From: a virus
DNA: 64,000 nt
Virus record (IMG/VR): IMGVR_UViG_3300026473_000011
Span: 9,411-73,410 of that record
Direction: 5' to 3' (one strand)
Of the stretch, positions 59,962-64,000 are shown piece after piece. The position numbers and the translations under genes were made by a program. Positions within the stretch are counted from its first letter, which is position 1. The number at the start of each line of letters is the position of its first letter. The notes under the pieces were generated by a model. It did no database searches. It was not told the origin of the DNA and saw only the letters and a list, made by a program, of their open reading frames with translations.

Positions 59962-61668
59962 TCAGAGCACCATCAACTCATAGTCGGATCCCAGCACCAC
60001 CGAGTCGCCCGGTTTGATCGCCCTTGAAAGAGCCATGATCAGTGCCACGATGCCGTCTATCTTGTTTTCTGCTCGCTCCTTGCGTGGATAGATGTTGTCT
60101 TTGACGTCCGTGTGAGCCACCACGTTGCTGGCCATCCAGGCCAATACCGGGTCACCGTCATGGACGAGCTTCTTTTGCAGGACCAGGGCTTCAAGCGTCT
60201 TCATCGGTTCGCTGAAATTGAGTACCGTGGGACGCACCTCTATCATGGGCAGGCCCTCGGAGAGCATCCGGGTGGAAAGCTGTGTGGCCTGAAACGGATC
60301 GAAGGCCACGGCCTCCACGGAAAACCGGGACGCGATGTCCAGCAGATCGGCCTCGATCCAGCTGAAGTCGATCACGTTGCCCGGCGTCACAGACAGGCGT
60401 CCGGTGTGCGCCCAGCCCTCGTACTGGCTGTTGCCCGCAGCCTGGACCGTGTCTTCGGGCAGGTAGTACTTGCCAAACACGGCATATGCGTCGGGTGTGT
60501 CAGGGTGCTGAAACACCATGACCAGCGCCGCAATGTCCGTCTTGCTGGCCAGGTCCAGGCCCACCCAACAGGGTTGCCCGAGAAACTGGTCCAACTCCAG
60601 ATCTGGGTTGGTCCCCGCGTCCCAGGCTCGCATGTCCATCCAGGCCTTGTCCGCGCTCACCCATTCATTGAGGTGCTTGGTCTTGAAGTTGTTGACCGCG
60701 CTGGGCAACTGCATGGCCTTGGCCTGCAGGGGCACCAGGATCTCCTCGCGCACCGAGATGCCCCAGTTGGGGTTGGCCTTGATGAGGGAGTCCTTGATCG
60801 TCCAGTCGTCCCCTTCATCGAGGCCGTAAATGATCCCGAACTGAGAGTCATCCTCGAACACCCGGTTAAGGAGCTTGGTGACAAAGCTCCTGACCTCGTA
60901 GCAAATTCCTGAGCGGTTGCTGCCAGCAGTAGTGATCACCCACAGCAGCGAGTTGTCCCGCTTGCCGGTACCGGTCTCCACCACGTCATAGACCGTTCGG
61001 GTCTTGTGGGCGTGCAGCTCGTCAATGCATCCGAAGTGGATGTTCAGGCCGTCCAGCGTCGAGCCCTCAGCCGAGAGCGCTTCGAACTTTGAGCCCGTCT
61101 GCAGCACATGCATGTTGTGCGCCCCGACATTCACCGCAAACCGGTTCCGAAATCCCGGGCTCAGGCGCGCCATGGTCTGAGCATCGCCAAAGACGATGCG
61201 GGCCTGATCGCGGGTGGTGGCCAGTGAGTACACCTCGGCGCCGCCCTCTCGGTCGGCCGCGAGCATGTACAGACCCACCGCCGAGGACAGCGTCGACTTG
61301 GCATTGCCCCGTGGCACCTCGATGTAGGACCGCCTGAAACGGCGCTTGCCGTCCGATTTGACCCATCCGAATACCGTGGACAGGATGAACACCTGCCAGG
61401 GCTCCAGAACGATCATCTGACTGGCCAGTGGCCCTTTGACGTGAGGCAGGCGCTCAATAAAAGCGCACAAGTTGTCGGCTGGTCTGTAAGGCCTGCCGTA
61501 CCGGTCAAGCAGCTCCGGGTTGAACTGGTAGATGCTGCTCTTTCGTTTGAAGCGGATCAGGTCATCAAGTTGACGCTTGCAGGCCTTCTGAACCCACTCG
61601 CAGGTCAGGATCTCTCCCGATACGACGCGCTGTGCATATTGTTTTGCGCTCGCGGCATATCCACTCAT
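59962..61668 (-). CDS. Terminase large subunit
   Basis: PRGNAKST, IDELH, GLDLAS, KIDG. Confidence 0.96.
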   Translation of the reverse strand: MSGYAASAKQYAQRVVSGEILTCEWVQKACKRQLDDLIRFKRKSSIYQFNPELLDRYGRPYRPADNLCAFIERLPHVKGPLASQMIVLEPWQVFILSTVFGWVKSDGKRRFRRSYIEVPRGNAKSTLSSAVGLYMLAADREGGAEVYSLATTRDQARIVFGDAQTMARLSPGFRNRFAVNVGAHNMHVLQTGSKFEALSAEGSTLDGLNIHFGCIDELHAHKTRTVYDVVETGTGKRDNSLLWVITTAGSNRSGICYEVRSFVTKLLNRVFEDDSQFGIIYGLDEGDDWTIKDSLIKANPNWGISVREEILVPLQAKAMQLPSAVNNFKTKHLNEWVSADKAWMDMRAWDAGTNPDLELDQFLGQPCWVGLDLASKTDIAALVMVFQHPDTPDAYAVFGKYYLPEDTVQAAGNSQYEGWAHTGRLSVTPGNVIDFSWIEADLLDIASRFSVEAVAFDPFQATQLSTRMLSEGLPMIEVRPTVLNFSEPMKTLEALVLQKKLVHDGDPVLAWMASNVVAHTDVKDNIYPRKERAENKIDGIVALIMALSRAIKPGDSVVLGSDYELMVL

Positions 61669-61683
61669 CGTTTGCTCTCGGTC

Positions 61684-62145
61684 TTACCCAACAATGTCCT
61701 CCCAAAGATCGAGCTCTTCGCCCGGTCGCTCGTTTGGAATGGAGATGCGCGAACGCGATGCAGGCGTGAACCCCATCTCGATCGCAGCCTTGGTCATGAT
61801 CTGTGCCTGCTTGTTGGCAATGGCCAGATACGGCGACTGCATGGGCACACCGCTGTGGGGGGCCTTCACCAAGAGCCCCGTTTTGCCGATACCCGCCTGG
61901 GCCTGTCGGTACAGGTCTGCCGCGCAGGCCCAGATTTCAAGTACGGACATGTCCAGCTTGCGAATCAGGGTGGGCGGTGCGCATTCAAGCGCGTAGCGCC
62001 AGGCAGCCTTGGCACCCTCAGGCATGTAGTCCGGAGGCTCGACCAGCAAGCCCTCTGGGACGGGCTCGTGGTAATTGGTCCGGCATGGCTGCAAGGTCCC
62101 CTTGATCTGCTTGACTTGAGTCGGCAGTGGCTTGCGTCCGCCCAT
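61684..62145 (-). CDS. Terminase small subunit, P27 family
   Basis: GRKPLPT, MGFTPASR. Confidence 0.92.
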   Translation of the reverse strand: MGGRKPLPTQVKQIKGTLQPCRTNYHEPVPEGLLVEPPDYMPEGAKAAWRYALECAPPTLIRKLDMSVLEIWACAADLYRQAQAGIGKTGLLVKAPHSGVPMQSPYLAIANKQAQIMTKAAIEMGFTPASRSRISIPNERPGEELDLWEDIVG

Positions 62146-62310
62146 AAATCACCCGCTTGGTTTGATGTTCATTTGATGCACGGCCTTTGCTGCGCAGAGT
62201 CTTTGGAAAAGGGGATACCCCCCCTTGTTCAATTTGCACGCACAAAAATTTGCGCAAGCCCACGCATCTCGCTCGCCAGTCTGTAGAGATTCAGACCCCC
62301 TACCCCTCAG
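62146..62310. other. Probable cos region
   Basis: Non-coding gap between HNH and terS with G-rich GGGGTAGGGGG on the minus strand; positional inference only. Confidence 0.4.
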
Positions 62311-62687
62311 GACGGGGCCTGGTTACGCAGGGATGCCGTCTCTGAGGCGGTCTTCGCGTTGTGACAGGGCACGCACAGGCTTTGCAGGTTCGCTCGCTCA
62401 AAGCGCTCACCGCCTTGCTTGACCGGAACGATGTGATCAACCACCTTGGCGGGCTGCAGCACGCCCTTGGCCTGGCACCTGCAACAAAGCGGGTTATCCC
62501 GTAACACCGCTGCACGTGTGTTGCGCCACCTGGCCGATTGATAGAAGCCCAGCTCGGTGTCGAAGCCACGCCGCGCACGCCCGTACTCACGGTGCACTTG
62601 GGGCTGGTGATGGGTGCAGTAGCCGGGCGTCTGCAGCACCTGCGCGCAACCCGGATATCTGCATGGAGTGGGCGCACTTCGCGGCAT
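62307..62687 (-). CDS. Packaging-associated HNH endonuclease
   Basis: CCRC...VDHIVP...NLQSLCVPCHNAKT. Confidence 0.92.
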   Translation of the reverse strand: MPRSAPTPCRYPGCAQVLQTPGYCTHHQPQVHREYGRARRGFDTELGFYQSARWRNTRAAVLRDNPLCCRCQAKGVLQPAKVVDHIVPVKQGGERFERANLQSLCVPCHNAKTASETASLRNQAPS

Positions 62688-62793
62688 CTCAATCGTCTTT
62701 CAAGGAATAAGCGACAGCTTGAAAAATTGACTTGGCTTCATCTTGAATCAGAGCGTCAATCCATCACATCGGAAAGACGAAAGGAACAAACCG

Positions 62794-63012
62794 ATGAAGC
62801 AAGACAAGAACCTCAACAAGCTTTTTGAGCAGATCGCTCTGAAGCATTTTTTTATCGAAACGCTGGAGACACAGCACCGCGATCGCCTGGACTTCCACGA
62901 CGTCTCTGTCTGGGCCGTCAAGAGCGCACTGGAGGCTGCTTACGCCGCAGGCCACGCTGCCGCCACTGCAACAGCACAAAACAAATCAACAACATCGAAA
63001 GGCAAGCAATGA
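62794..63012 (+). CDS. DUF6900-like small protein
   Basis: IETLET..RDRLDFHDVSVW.VKSALEAAY. Confidence 0.8.
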   Translation: MKQDKNLNKLFEQIALKHFFIETLETQHRDRLDFHDVSVWAVKSALEAAYAAGHAAATATAQNKSTTSKGKQ

Positions 63013-63446
63013 AACTCACGGACACCCAACGCGCGCTGCTCGAAGCCGCTGCACAGCATCCTCAAAAGAAACTGACCCACTTCCCCGACACCCTCAAGGG
63101 TGGTGCACGCATCAAAGTGCTAACAGCCATGCGCAACGCACAGCTGATTGAGTCCAGCAAAACTGATCCCGAGGTGTACGTGGCAACACAAGCCGGTCTG
63201 CAAGCGATCGGCATCCAGACAACGCGCAGCACGCGCGAAGGCACCAAGCAAGCCGTGCTGATCGAGTTGCTCAAGCGCCCTGAAGGCGCCACCCTGGCCC
63301 AAATGACTGAGGCCACGGGCTGGCAGGTGCACACCGTGCGCGGAGCGATGGCAGGCGCCTTGAAGAAAAAGCTGGGCCTGGAGATCACCTCAGAAAAGCA
63401 GACCGGCACAGACCGCGTTTACCGCACCACCACCACAACCGTTTGA
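63009..63446 (+). CDS. DUF3489 domain protein
   Basis: GTKQA.LI.LLKRPEGAT...TGWQ.HTVRGA.AGALKKKLGL. Confidence 0.9.
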   Translation: MKLTDTQRALLEAAAQHPQKKLTHFPDTLKGGARIKVLTAMRNAQLIESSKTDPEVYVATQAGLQAIGIQTTRSTREGTKQAVLIELLKRPEGATLAQMTEATGWQVHTVRGAMAGALKKKLGLEITSEKQTGTDRVYRTTTTTV

Positions 63447-63453
63447 GGACCTC

Positions 63454-63813
63454 ATGAACCCGATCACTATCACCATCGAATCCAAGCCCACGACCATCAA
63501 CTTCGATGGCCGCGAATTGCAGGTTCAAAAGCTCAGCATCCCGCTGCCCTTTGGCCGCAAGCCTACAGACATCTCCGACATTGCCGCTTGCGGCGTCGAG
63601 GCGGTCTACGTGACCGAGATCCGGGAGATGGACCCCGAAGAATTTGATGGCTTCAAATTGAACCTGGGCAAGTCTCGCGACTGGCTCAAGGGCAAGGGAG
63701 GCGATTACTGGGATGGCCGGTTGTGCGTGATGGTGCACGCACCTGGTCGCCCCTACTTGTTCATCGATCCATCCGGAGGAGACAGCGTTCGCTACCTCGC
63801 GCGTCTGGGCTGA
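63454..63813 (+). CDS. Hypothetical protein
   Basis: GAGGA RBS; 119 aa. Confidence 0.7.
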   Translation: MNPITITIESKPTTINFDGRELQVQKLSIPLPFGRKPTDISDIAACGVEAVYVTEIREMDPEEFDGFKLNLGKSRDWLKGKGGDYWDGRLCVMVHAPGRPYLFIDPSGGDSVRYLARLG

Positions 63814-63879
63814 TCAGTCACAAATAAGCAACTGATCAGAAAGATTGCATGAAACGCTTTACTTCTCACGCAGGTAGAG

Positions 63880-64000
63880 CAATGGAATGGACTCCTCCGC
63901 CCCGAAAGGGTTACGGTAGTGGCTCTATCACCAACCAGGAGACTCAGATGAAACAAATCGCTGTGATCGGGATCGATCTTGCCAAGAATGTTTTTCAAGT
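63880..64000 (+). mobile_element. IS110-family (IS1111-like) element, left end and start of the transposase (ATG 63948)
   Basis: MKQIAVIGIDLAKNVFQ; left end CAATGGAATGGACTCC resembles IS1111-type sub-terminal IRs. Confidence 0.8.

Larger units (their letters stand above)
36247..64000 (-). mobile_element. Lambda/HK97-like siphoviral prophage, late region (continues beyond the window)
   Basis: Contiguous HNH-terminase-portal-protease-capsid-tail-lysis gene order. Confidence 0.95.

Overview
This looks like a betaproteobacterial accessory region; the host assignment is inferred from gene content, not tested. It has three parts. (1) 1-5.8 kb: a large serine recombinase/DUF2924 module, two divergent genes behind a LexA-like box, and a partial AbiEi-like gene. 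(2) 6-36 kb: a defence-type cargo island. It holds an RtcR-like sigma-54 activator with a complete target promoter and two paralogous unknown genes, Fic/TA genes, a DUF3883 nuclease, a six-gene RHH-NADAR-SIS/HAD-PRTase-ATPase-Rossmann operon, and a WYL-regulated type I R-M locus with prrC and a repeat-frameshifted hsdS. (3) 36-64 kb: the late region of a lambda/HK97-like prophage on the minus strand, followed by morons and the start of an IS110/IS1111 element. The most striking observation is a tail fibre ending in an (Asn-Cys)n tract. It is followed, inside the late operon, by an Asp/Asn beta-hydroxylase-like gene, a second 2OG-Fe(II) oxygenase and a radical SAM/SPASM enzyme, which suggests a RiPP-like system that modifies a virion protein. 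All family calls come from motif recognition by eye; no searches were run.
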